Assembly (NCBI GenBank): GCA_010909165.1
Contig: MU008186.1
Coordinates: 62,001-126,000 of the forward strand
From: Anthoceros angustus
Lineage: Eukaryota; Plantae; Anthocerotophyta
DNA length: 64,000 bases
Direction: 5' to 3'
Shown here: piece after piece, positions 49,401 to 60,690 of the stretch
Position numbering within the stretch: the stretch's first letter is position 1
Layout: each line of letters opens with the position of its first letter
Program-made: the position numbers and the translations under genes
The notes under the pieces: generated by a model
The model's database searches: none
What the model was told of the DNA's origin: nothing
The model's input: the letters and a program-made list of their open reading frames with translations, nothing else

Positions 49401-50437
49401 TGTCGTGTCCACCTTATAACAACTGATTCAACTCTCTGTGCCAAGTCTTTGTCTCTGGTTTGACCACCTAAGGTACCAATTAAGTTGACCGGAGGGATGT
49501 AGAGAACCGTCTTTCCCTTGGCCTCAAAGATGGATTCTGTCAAGCTGGCTAGAAACTTATCCAGTCCTGCTTTGAAGTCCTTTGTAACACTTACCTGCCA
49601 GCTCTCATTCTCTAGCATAACAGGTAGGTAGATAGTCTGCATAACACAGCATCACAATTCATTTCCCATCATGCCAAACGAAATGAACTTGCCACATTCC
49701 TCCACCGCTTCCCAAGAAGCACATCTTACTGGGATAAATCCACTAGCAGCATTTCCCACTTTCTTGACTGTACCGGCAGACGTAATATATAGCACACCTG
49801 CATAATTCGCAACATGCTGTGCCCAGGGCTACTCCGTAACACCTCACATTGTACCAGCTTATCCACATTATCCCCAGTGACAACTTGCAAAGGGTCCCGA
49901 ACGAATACGAGAACCTGCACATCCATTCAGGTCGTTTCACGAAGCAAAAGATTAGAGACCTAAACATGCCAAGAGAGGCCCTCGGCACTAAGCAGAGCTT
50001 GAAGAGAGCGAGAGCTACACCTCATCCCACTGAGGGGGAACCCCAGTAGTGCAAAGAAGATCACCGTTTGCATCCAAGAACGCAAACAGCCTCCCACTAT
50101 CTGTGCTCTTGAAGAAATTAGCCACAACCTCATGATGGGCATCTTTCCAGGTGCCATCGCCGTTTATCAGCACCAGCTGCCTTCGAAACCAAGCAATTTC
50201 CCTAGGCTCTTTAAGGTCATTTTCATCTGCTGGACTTGCCTCCTCTGCCCTTACTAACTCAGACGATGTTTCTGCCAGCTCCCCCGGTCCAGCAGGCTCC
50301 CTTTCTGCCACCTGCTCGGGCTCTCCAATTTTGCCCGGCTCTCCCAATTTTTCGGTCTCCCCAACCTTTCCTGGTTCTTCAACATTTCCTGCCTTCTTCG
50401 GTTCCTGGGGCACCACAGCAGCCTCTGTTGTAGCCAT
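28494..50437 (-). CDS. DHC10: Axonemal dynein heavy chain, inner arm I1 (f) beta type (DHC10/DNAH2 family), multi-exon
   Basis: P-loops [36 protein letters not shown] and [10 protein letters not shown]; [37 protein letters not shown]; stalk; C-terminus [11 protein letters not shown]. Most exon junctions from ~47.5 kb to the end were checked by eye and join in frame. Confidence 0.93.
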
Positions 50438-51500
50438 ATCTGATCAGCAGCTGCAACAAAGATGACTGTCACATGTCCTCAGCTTCCACCTTCCACACCC
50501 CATTGCCAAACCCAAAGATTTGCGTGCCCACTTGGGCTGGGTCAGATCAAACTTCTTTCAACTCAGCTGCCTGGCACCAAATTTGAGGCATCCGCCAAAA
50601 TCAACACGATCTTCGTGCAAGCAGCGAAAGGGAAATTGCAATTCAACGACAGAGATGGACCCGAAACAAGTCGTGAAACGGAAGAGCTGCACGAATTTTT
50701 TTCTGCATTATATCGAACAACTACAAAATGTGGCCTGGTGCACGCCATGGCACATCCAGGGTGGAGTCCTTCCAAATCCACCAAATTCGGCATCCCACTA
50801 TCCTAAAAACTCAGAATCCTGCTACACATTACTCAAACAACTGCCTCCGGAAAAACTGTAACCTACAAGAGTGCCATCAAGTGCGGTGCTGGGCTCACCC
50901 GACCGCCACTAACGGTAAAACAGAAGGCCCATTCCTGAAGCTCAGGAATCAGCATCAGGCACATGCATTCAAATGCTGTACATGAAGTCGTCGCTCGCCC
51001 CCCAAAGCCCCCGGCGGACAAAAGATCGTGAATTGAAGTATTCAACACAGGAAACAGGACTATGCTCGGAAGTCTCCAGACCCATCACACCCAGCGCTAC
51101 CAATCGCAGAGATGGTTCTCAATTTAGGACCACCTGAAATATTGTGGGCACATCCTTTGTGTTTCTGTGCTGGAACGGAACGCTGACACCTGGCAAGGGC
51201 ACAGCTACGCAACGGTTGTCTGGGTACTCGTATTCCTGCATTGAAATGCTATACCGCGTGCAGCTGGAGGGAGCTTTGAGCAGAGGAGTGTGGATGTGGT
51301 GTGTCCCTGTGTACAGGAGGCTTGTCTTCGTTGCCGACTGATCTGACCTCTGTGAGTTTGGAGCATGTCCAACATGGAAGTTGGTGTGAAAGAACCTACT
51401 AACCTGTTGGCGCAGCAAAGATTAGCATGTCCTGTGCATGATCTTTCGTTCTGCATTGTGGATTCATGTGATGTGGTGACATGTAGTCGATGTGCTTATC

Positions 51501-54500
51501 ATGGCTGCCTGGCGAGTGGTTGCATTTTATTCACACAGGGTGAGCTGTCCAAGAGATCGTCTGGCCGGGGAGAATGGGCAGCAGTATCTCCTGAGGCGAC
51601 AGTTTTCCCTGAACCATACACTCTGGTGGGGTAGCAAGCAACATGATCGTGGCCCAGACAGGCCTTCAGGATACCAGGAGGGTGTAACGGCTGATACTGT
51701 GAGCAAACTCTGTCAGCAGAGACAGCTCACTGAGGCTGTTGAGGCCCTGGGAGTTCTGGTGCAGACAGAATGTCGTGTTTCTCAGTGTCTCTTTTATACT
51801 GTGCTGAAGAACTGTGTGGCTGAAAGGGATCTTGTTGGGGGTCGGCGGGTCCATGCGCTCACCCTGCTGACGGGTCATGAGTCTGACACGTTCCTCTGCA
51901 ACCACTTCCTGCGAATGTATGCTTCTCATGGCAGGTTGCAAGAAGCGATGGATGTGTTTGAACTGGTGGCCGAAGCAGATGCCTTCACGTGGTCTGCCAT
52001 AATTTCTGCCCATGTGAAACAGGGGCAGGATAAGCAGGCCATACAACTGTATCATCAGATGTGTAGGGCAAGCGTGAAGCCAGATGGGTATGTGTTTGTA
52101 GCAGCCCTTCAGGCGTGTGCCAGGGGAGCGGACTTGAAAAGTGGGCAGCAGGTGCATGCTCACGTATTGGCTAGTGGGTTTGAGCGTGATTCTTTTGTCT
52201 GTAATTCCTTAGTGGACATGTATGCAAAGTGTGGTAGCTTGGAGGACGCTCAAAGACTGTTTGATGGACTTGGTACAAAGAATGTGGTTACATGGAATGC
52301 CTTGATAGCAGGGTATTCCCAGCAGGGCAGAGGGCAGGAGTCTCTTCATCTCTACAGTGAAATGCAAGAGGAAGGCATTGCTGCACCCGATGCAGTGACT
52401 TTTGTGAGCCTTCTCCTGGCTTGCGCAAGTTTGGGCACGCCAGGTCTGGAGAAGGGGAAGCTGCTTCATGCACAGCTTAGAGAATGTGGATATCAAGCTG
52501 ATCCTTTTGTGGCCAACAGTCTGGTCAACATGTATGCAAAGTGTGCCAAGGGCATGAGCCTGGAAGCCCTCCATCTTTACAGCACCATGCAACAAGAAGG
52601 CATGGCTGCACCCGATTCTGTCACATTTGTGTGCCTCCTCCAGGCATGTGCAAGTGTGGGTACCCTGGGTTTGGAGAAGGGGAAGCAGCTTCATGCACAA
52701 ATTAGAGAATTAGGACTCCAAGCTGATGTGATTTTAGGGAGCAGTTTGATGAACATGTATGCAAAATGTGGCAGCCTAGATGATGCTCGTGGCGTTTTTG
52801 ACAAACTCGGTCAAAAAGATGTGGTGACATGGAGTGCCATGATAGCAGGATATTCCCAGCAGGGTATGGGACAGGAAGCCCTTCATCTTTACAGTGCTAT
52901 GCAAGGAGAAGACACGGTTTCACCCAATTCTGTGACATTTTTGTGCCTCCTACAGGCGTGTGCAAGTGTGGGCAACCCAGCTTTGCAGAAGGGGAAGCAG
53001 ATCCATGCACAGATCAGAGAGCAGGGACTCCAAGCTGATGTGATTTTAGGAGCAGTTTGATGAACATGTATGCAAAATGTGGCAGCCTAGATGATGCTCG
53101 TGGCGTTTTTGACAAACTCGGTCAAAAGATGTGGTGACATGGAGTGCCATGATAGCAGGATATTCCCAGCAGGGTATGGGACAGGAAGCCCTTCATCTTT
53201 ACAGTGCTATGCAAGGAGAAGACACGGTTTCACCCAATTCTGTGACATTTTTGTGCCTCCTACAGGCGTGTGCAAGTGTGGGCAACCCAGCTTTGCAGAA
53301 GGGGAAGCAGATCCATGCACAGATCAGAGAGCAGGGACTCCAATCTGATGTCTCTGTCGCCAACAGTTTGGTGAACATGTATGCAAAATGCGGCAGCCTA
53401 GAGGATGCTCGGGACCTGTTTGACAGGCTTAGTGAAAAAGATGTGGTAACGTGGAGTGCCATGATCGCAGGATATTCCAAACAAGGTATGGGGCAGGAAG
53501 CCCTTCATCTGTATGGTGTTCTGCAAGAAGAGGGAATCATTACACCCACTGCTGTGACATTCGTTTGCCTGCTGCAGGCATGTGCAAGTGTAGGCACCCT
53601 GGCTTTGGAGAGGGGGAAGCAGCTCCATGCACACATCAGAGAAGTAGGAGTTCAGGCTGATGTGTTTGTAGCCAACAGTTTGGTAAACATGTATGCAAAA
53701 TGTGGCAGCCTAGAGGAAGCTCAAGCTGTGTTTGACGGACTTGGTCAAAAAGATGTTGTGACATGGAGTGCCATGATAGCAGGATATTCCCAGCAGGGTA
53801 TGGGACAGGAAGCCCTCGATCTTTACAGTGCGATGCAAGAAGAAGGCATCGTTGCACCCAATTCTGTGACATTTTGTGCCTCCTGCAGGCGTGTGCAAGT
53901 GTGGGCAACCCAGCTTTGCAGAAGGGAAGCAGCTTCATGCACAGCTTAGAGAATGTGGATATCAAGCTGATGTGTTTGTAGCCAACAGTTTGGTGAACAT
54001 GTATGCAAAGTGTGGCAGCCTAGAGGAAGCTCAAGCTGTGTTTGACGGACTTGGTCAAAAGATGTGGTGACATGGAATGCCATGATAGCAGGATATTCCC
54101 AGCAGGGTATGGGACAGGAAGCCCTCGATCTTTACAGTGCTATGCAAGAAGAAGGCATCGTTGCACCCAATTCTGTGACATTTTGTGCCTCCTGCAGGCA
54201 TGTGCAAGTGTGGGCAACCCAGCTTTGCAGAAGGGAAGCAGCTCCATGCACACATCAGAGAAGTAGGAGTTCAGGCTGATGTGTTTGTAGCCAACAGTTT
54301 GGTAAACATGTATGCAAAGTGTGGCAGCCTAGAAGATGCTCAAGCGTGTTTGATAAACTTGATCAAAAATGTGGTGACATGGAGTGCCATGATAGCAGGA
54401 TACTCCCAGCAAGGCATGGGTGATGAAGCCCTTTGTCTGTTCAAGGCTATGCAAGAAGGCATGGCTGCCTTGGTTCAGCGACATATGTGTGCCTCCTGCA

Positions 54501-56541
54501 GGCATGTGCAGGCGTGGGCAACCCGGCTTTGAGAAGGGAAGCAGCTTCATGCACAAATTAGAGAATTAGGACTCAAGCTGATGTATTTGTAGCAAGCAGT
54601 TTGGTTAATATGTACGCAAAGTGTGGCAGCCTAGAGGAAGCTCAAGCTGTGTTTGACGGACTTGGTCAAAAGATGTGGTGACATGGAATGCCATGATAGC
54701 AGGATATTCCCAGCAGGGTATGGGACAGGAAGCCCTTCATCTTTACAGTGCTATGCAAGAAGAAGGCATCGTTGCACCCAATTCTGTGACATTTGTGTGC
54801 CTCCTGCAGGCATGTGCAAGTGTGGGCACCTGGCTTTGGAGAGGGGAAGCAGCTCCATGCACACATCAGAGAAGTAGGAGTTCAGGCTGATGTGTTTGTA
54901 GCCAACAGTTTGGTAAACATGTATGCAAAATGTGGCAGCCTAGAGGAAGCTCAAGCTGTGTTTGACGGACTTGGTCAAAAAGATGTTGTGACATGGAGTG
55001 CCATGATAGCAGGATATTCCCAGCAGGGTATGGGACAGGAAGCCCTCGATCTTTACAGTGCGATGCAAGAAGAAGGCATCGTTGCACCCAATTCTGTGAC
55101 ATTTGTGTGCCTCCTGCAGGCGTGTGCAAGTGTGGGCACCCTGGCTTTGGAGAAAGGGAAGCAGCTCCATGCACAAATTAGGGAACGAGGACATCAAGCT
55201 GATGTATTTGTAGCAAGCAGTTTGGTTAATATGTACGCAAAGTGTGGCAGCCTAGAGGATGCTCAGGTCGTGTTCGACGGGCTCGGTGCAAAAAATGTGG
55301 TCACATGGACCGCTCTAATAGCAGGATATTCGGAGCAGGGCATGGGTCAGGAAGCCCTTCGTCTTTACAGTGCTATGGAAGGAGAAGGCATGGCTGCCTT
55401 TGGTTCAGCGACATATGTGTGCCTCCTGCAGGCATGTGCAGGCGTGGGCAACCCGGCTTTGGAGAAGGGAAAGCTGCTTCATACACAAATCACAGAACGA
55501 GGTCTTCAAGCTGATGTGTTTGTGTCGAGCAGCTTGGTGAACATGTACGCAAAATGTGGCAGCCTAGAAGATGCTCGAAGCGTGTTTGATAAACTTGATC
55601 AAAAAAATGTGGTGACATGGAATGCCATGATAGCAGGATACTCCCAGCAAGGCATGGGTGATGAAGCCCTTTGTCTGTTCAAGGCTATGCAAGAAGGAGG
55701 CACAGTCGCACCTGATTCTGTGACTTTCGTGTGCCTTCTGCAGGCATGTGCAAACGTGGCAGCTTTCCATCTGGGAAGGCAGCTCCATGAGCAAATCAAA
55801 GAACAAGGGCTCCAAGCTGATGGACTTGTAGCCATCAGTTTGATAAACATGTATGGAAAGTCTGGAAGCATGGCTGATGCGCAGCTGGTCTTTGAGGCTT
55901 TGCCCGAGAGAGACGTTGTGGCATGGACTGCACTGATAGCAGGATACGCTCTTCAAGGGGAGACTAAGGTTGTGTTTGACTTGGTCCAGAGAATGGTAGA
56001 GGGTGGCATCCAGCCTGTCGGCATCACGTTTCTTAGTGTACTAACAGTCTGCAGCCACGCCGGCCTTGTGAACAAGGGTAGAGAGTATTTTGATGTTATG
56101 AGCACACAATATGGTATCACTCCCACAGTGGAACACTACACATGTATGGTGGATCTCCTGGGCCGAGCAGGCCGACTGGATGAGGCACTGGCTTTGGTTA
56201 GGACGATGGCTGTAGTGCCCAATGCTGCAGTTTGGCACACTTTGTTGGGTTCTTGTCAAAAATGGAGCAACGTGGAACTGGGACGCCACGCTTTTGATGA
56301 AGCTGTGAAGCTAGACAAGAAAGATGTTGCAGCATATGTGTTGATGTCAAACATATACACCAATGCGCAGATGTGGGAGCAGGCCGAGGAGATGCAGGCG
56401 AGGAGGAAAGGAATCAGGGCCTGGAAAGAACCAGGCCAAAGCTGGTGGACAGACATGGACGGGCTAGTTCATAGCTTTTTTGTTGGGGATCGGCAGCATG
56501 CCGAGGGTGAAGGGCAGTCTACTCACATATGCAAGGGCTGA
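51501..56541 (+). CDS. Very long PLS-class PPR protein (~1,680 aa if corrected) with E1/E2 and WW-type box; apparent frameshifts between 53040 and 54830
   Basis: About a dozen near-identical 312-bp P-L-S triplets. The end reads WHTLLGSCQKWSN...AYVLMSNIY...WKEPGQSWWTD. Frameshifts are mostly 1-nt deletions in homopolymers relative to sister repeats. Confidence 0.8.
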
Positions 56542-57450
56542 AAGAGCTTCTGGCACAAAAAACGAAAAGCAGATTTGATCTGTGACACAGCTTCTTTCAA
56601 AGTGAACGAAAAGCTGATCTTGTTCATGAAGCCCCATTGACGTTTTTCATCGCCTTGGTCATACTATCACAGGTGCTGTAGAGGACGACTTTAGACATGG
56701 AACTTAGTTGTCTCTTCCTATTCCGACTCCTTCATATTCCCACCCAGGGGCCTCGCTTAAAGTTCTCATGGAGATGGGCTCACCCATTTCTGCTCAGGTA
56801 CTCAATAAAATGCACTTTCAGCAATAAATCGATTCTCTACATACCCTCATTACTACGGTGTCCAAGGAAACGTTATAGGTCTATACCCTGTATCGGCTGT
56901 GAACGGGCGTTCACGCTATCACAATGCGAAAAGCTTGGGACGACTTGGAATCCCGCAATGTGAGGTCCGCAACCCATAAGAACTGTGCCACATTCGCACA
57001 GTTTCAGTTCGTTCTGCGCCTCATCTTGCGAAAGCGGGACCTGTTAGATGGCCACAACATGGCAACTGGACCCGCTGTGGACCCAACAAACTGGTGGGAG
57101 CACAGGGATTCTACCAGGAGCTTGCGCTCAGCTCATCCCAGGGAGTGAAGTGCGCAGCAATACAAGGAACCCATCAATTCTTAGGCAATCTATCGCTGGT
57201 GAAGGAAGGAGTGTCCAGCGACGGTCAATTTTTTGTGGGTCCTACAATATGGTTGGACAACAGGCGACACAAGAAGATACGACTTCCGGCGTAAGGGCTC
57301 CGGCGAGGTCGTCTGGTTAGACAGCTCTTCCAAGCCACCTTGGGTGGATGAGCAGCTGGTTGCCTAGCATATGCAGATGGGTCATGGTGATCTCCTTCCA
57401 AGTCCACCTTTGCGGATAAGTTTGAGGCTGGCAGGCCTGCAGGATCGGAA

Positions 57451-58590
57451 ATGGGGGTATCGGCTATAACAGTGAGCACATTATGTCAGCAGGGCAGGCT
57501 TACTGAGGCTGTTGGAGCCCAGGAATTTCTGGCGCACACAGACTTGTCTTCGACGGTTCTGGCTGCAAAAGATAGAATGCCCTGCTTCCTGGGTATGTAC
57601 AGCAAGGGCTCTCTCAAAAGGCACTTCTTCTGGTATGGACAAATGAAGCAGGAGAGCCTGATTCTGGGATCCTGGCAGATGGAGTTACTTTTGTTTGCCT
57701 TCTGAAGGCCTGTGCAACTGCTGGTGCCTTACAGCTGGGGAGGCAGGTGCACTCACAGATTGTGGACAGAGGACTGCTAGGCAGTGACATACTCGTGGGC
57801 AACTGCCTGGTGGACATGTATGCATAATGTGGCGAACTGGAAGGTGGTCGCAGCGTATTCGACAGTCTGGCCCAAAACAATGTGGTGACATGGACTGCCC
57901 TGATAGCTGGTGTGGTACTTGTGGTCAAGCTCACAACGCACTAGCTCGTTTTGAGGAGATGTTAGCCGCTGGGATTCAGCCTGATGATGCTACTTTGACT
58001 TGTCTGAGTAGCATGCAGTCACGAGGGACTGTTGAATGAGGGTCGCAAGCACTTCGATGCCATGGTTGAGCAGCATGGCATCAAGCCTACTATTGAGCAT
58101 GACAACTGCATGATTGATCTTCTTGCAGAGCACATGCTATGATCATGTGAGAGCCAGGACGACGTTGCGGGGCTGAATGCCTGCAAAAGTTACGGGGACA
58201 TAGAAAGGGTCAAGGCGGTGCTTTGGAAGTCTTGTTAGACTAGACCCTCAGCGGGCGTCCGCATACGTGCTCATGGCCTAATGTCTATGCAGAGCATGAA
58301 TGTACTTCTGAAGGACGAAGGTGGCCACGTACCTCAGACAAAGTTGGGGTTGAAGCCACTGTCAGAGAGAAGGAAAGGAAGAAATGCTTTGCGGGCATGC
58401 TGAGAAGCTGGCTTTGGCGTTTGGTCTTTTCAACACTCCCAGTGGCACGCCTCTGCGGGTAACCACGAATCTTGGCATGTGCAGTGACTTGCCACAGTTC
58501 TACCGAGATCATGTCAAGGGTTGGAAAGAGGGACACTGTGGTAAGAGATGCTCACCGTGTGCATCCATCTGCACCTGCTTGTTGTAGTTT
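57451..58590 (+). pseudogene. PLS-E-DYW:KP PPR pseudogene (U-to-C editing factor class)
   Basis: Degenerate PPR motifs with a stop (TAA 57825-57827) and frameshifts, then EGGHVPQTKLGLKPLSE / KEEMLCGHAEKLALAFGLFNTPSGTPLRVTTNLGMCSD(+T at 58489)CHSSTEIMSRVGKRDTVVRDAHRVH. Confidence 0.88.
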
Positions 58591-58907
58591 GTCAACAAAG
58601 TGTTGTATGTAGAAATTCAACAGCAACTACACTTTGTTGAAGTTTAGCACATATCAAAGTTCGTTAAAATAGGGCAACAAGCTCGGACAATTTTGTTTTG
58701 AGGAGGCTGATTCATTATTAATCCAACTGACACTCTGAATTTATAAGACAGTGCGAACATGTTTGCTACTAGTAGCGATATAGAAACCGACCATGCAGAA
58801 CACCAATCCATGCAGAAATTTCATATAATACTTGGTACAGCATATTTGTGACAACTTTATGAAATCATCTAATGAGAGCTGTTCTTCACAATTGCTCTTC
58901 ACAACTT

Positions 58908-59195
58908 TCCGTCCTGCAAGAAGGAGACTATTAGTTCTAGTAAACCTTCGTATGAAACAATCATTATATATATAAGTTTTTTATTTTTCTAACTTATATC
59001 GTATAAAAATAGTTAAGTATTTAAATAAATATTAATTTTTTATAATTCTATAATCCATCCTACAAGAAGGAGGTTATGAGTTCTAGTCAACCTTCATATG
59101 AAACAATCATTATATATGTAATTATTTTACTTTTTAATTTATATTTTATAAAAATAATCCATTATTTAAATAAATATTAATCTCTTATAATTCTC
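58908..59195. repeat. AT-rich tandem duplication, period ~146 bp
   Basis: aagaaggag..ta..agttctagt.aaccttc.tatgaaacaatcattatata...tatttaaataaatattaa occurs at ~58918 and ~59064. Confidence 0.85.
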
Positions 59196-59199
59196 GCCC

Positions 59200-59545
59200 C
59201 TTTGTTGCATTGTGGCTTTCTTGAGGTAACGGTGTCCATGGCCACGTAGAGGGCGTTGGCCAAAGGATGGCGAGGGCACGGAATGCGACATCTTCGGCGC
59301 CACTTAGTGGTAGGTAGGCCTTTCTGGATATTCTTGCATTGTGGCTTTCTTGAGGCATTCTTGATTCTTGAGGCATTCTTGAGGCATTCTTAAGGCATCG
59401 GCTAGGCGTTGGCCAAAGGAGGGCGGCGAGGGCAGAGAAGGCGACATCTTTGGCGCTAGGTAGTGGTAGGTAGGCCTTTTCTTTATCTGCACAGAAGGCG
59501 ACATTTTGGTTTGGCGCCGGGTAGTGGTAGGTAGGCCTTTTCTTA
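59200..59545. repeat. Mosaic of short dispersed repeats (possible transposon subterminal region)
   Basis: ttgcattgtggctttcttgagg x2, gcattcttga x3 and gcgacat...ggcgc...tagtggtaggtaggccttt x3. Confidence 0.7.
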
Positions 59546-59550
59546 CCCGG

Positions 59551-59586
<36 letters not shown>
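59551..59586. repeat. (ACA)12 microsatellite
   Basis: Seen directly. Confidence 0.95.
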
Positions 59587-60324
59587 TGCTAGGAGCGATA
59601 TGGGCGGGCTAGTCCTTTGGGCGGTAGATGGGATTTACCATCTTTGTTTTTTAATAAAGTGTCCATGTGTGTGGTGTGGTACATGGAGGACGAGGGTGAT
59701 ACGTAGACATGAGCCATACGTAGGGAATACAGAGCAGGTACGGGACACGGGGTTTGGGTTGTTGGGGGTGTGGGGAGCCTCCAAATGTCCAAATGTGGGC
59801 ACCATACACTCCTTCCTCCCAACATAACATAGCTGGGAGGCGGGCAAGGTTTGACAGGGCGCGCATGTTTGGAAGCAACGAAGCAACGAAGCTATTTCTG
59901 GGCAACAGGAGCAGCGAGGTGCAAACATGATGGGGCGTCGGGCCGCATGGCCGAATAATGATGGTGGTCGGGTCCACCGTCGAGCCCCGTTAATGATGCA
60001 TGTGGACCCGGGAGTGCGGACGCGGCCGAGCCCGAGGCCGAGGCCGAGGCCTTTCCCGGGCGGCGGACATGGAGCCACCGAGACCGGCCCCGGTGCTGCC
60101 CGAGAAGGGCGCCCTGTTTCGAGAAAATTATTTTTTCATAAATCAGAAAAACAAGGCCAAGGCACATTGATCTGAGAACGGGACCACTTCCATCTCTTCT
60201 GCTCCGAGTCGTCTCGGATTGGCGCGCCTCGCTCACTCCTGTCCCATACGCGCCAACTTATTTTGTGCGTTTTCCTCACGGGCTTTGCCACACCGCCCAT
60301 CGCTGGGAATCTGCACAAGGCTGC

Positions 60325-60650
60325 GCTTGCGCCTGCGCTTGCGCTTGCGCTTGCGCATGGCGTGATTTGATCGCTGCGCGAGAGTATTTGGAGGGGCGGA
60401 CAGTACGTCGTGGTGGAGGCTTTGGTGAGGAGTGAGCTGTGTCTGCCCGAGTTTGTTGGTTGGTGTCAGCAATGTTGTGAGGTGTAGAGATCGCGAGAGA
60501 TTGAGGCTGTGTGGCAGAGTGTTGCGAGGGGACCAAGGAAGGCGAGGCAGGGCAAGGCAAGGCAAGGAAGGCAAGGCAAGGCAAGGCAAGGCAAGGAAGG
60601 CAAGGGAAGGAAGGCAAGGCAAGGCAGGGCAAGGAAAGGCAAGAAAGCAA
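60325..60650. repeat. (GCGCTT)n at ~60325-60355 and (GGCAA)n-rich tract at ~60540-60650 upstream of the BAHD gene
   Basis: Seen directly; imperfect hexamer and pentamer runs. Confidence 0.85.
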
Positions 60651-60690
60651 GGAGGTTTAAGGGAAGTGAAAATCGTGGGAGGAGGTCGCC

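Noticed and set aside
5352-50437. A 'ciliary gene cluster' (MORN3-like plus dynein)
   Set aside because: The two genes are ~21 kb apart with unrelated genes between them; chance co-location is sufficient.
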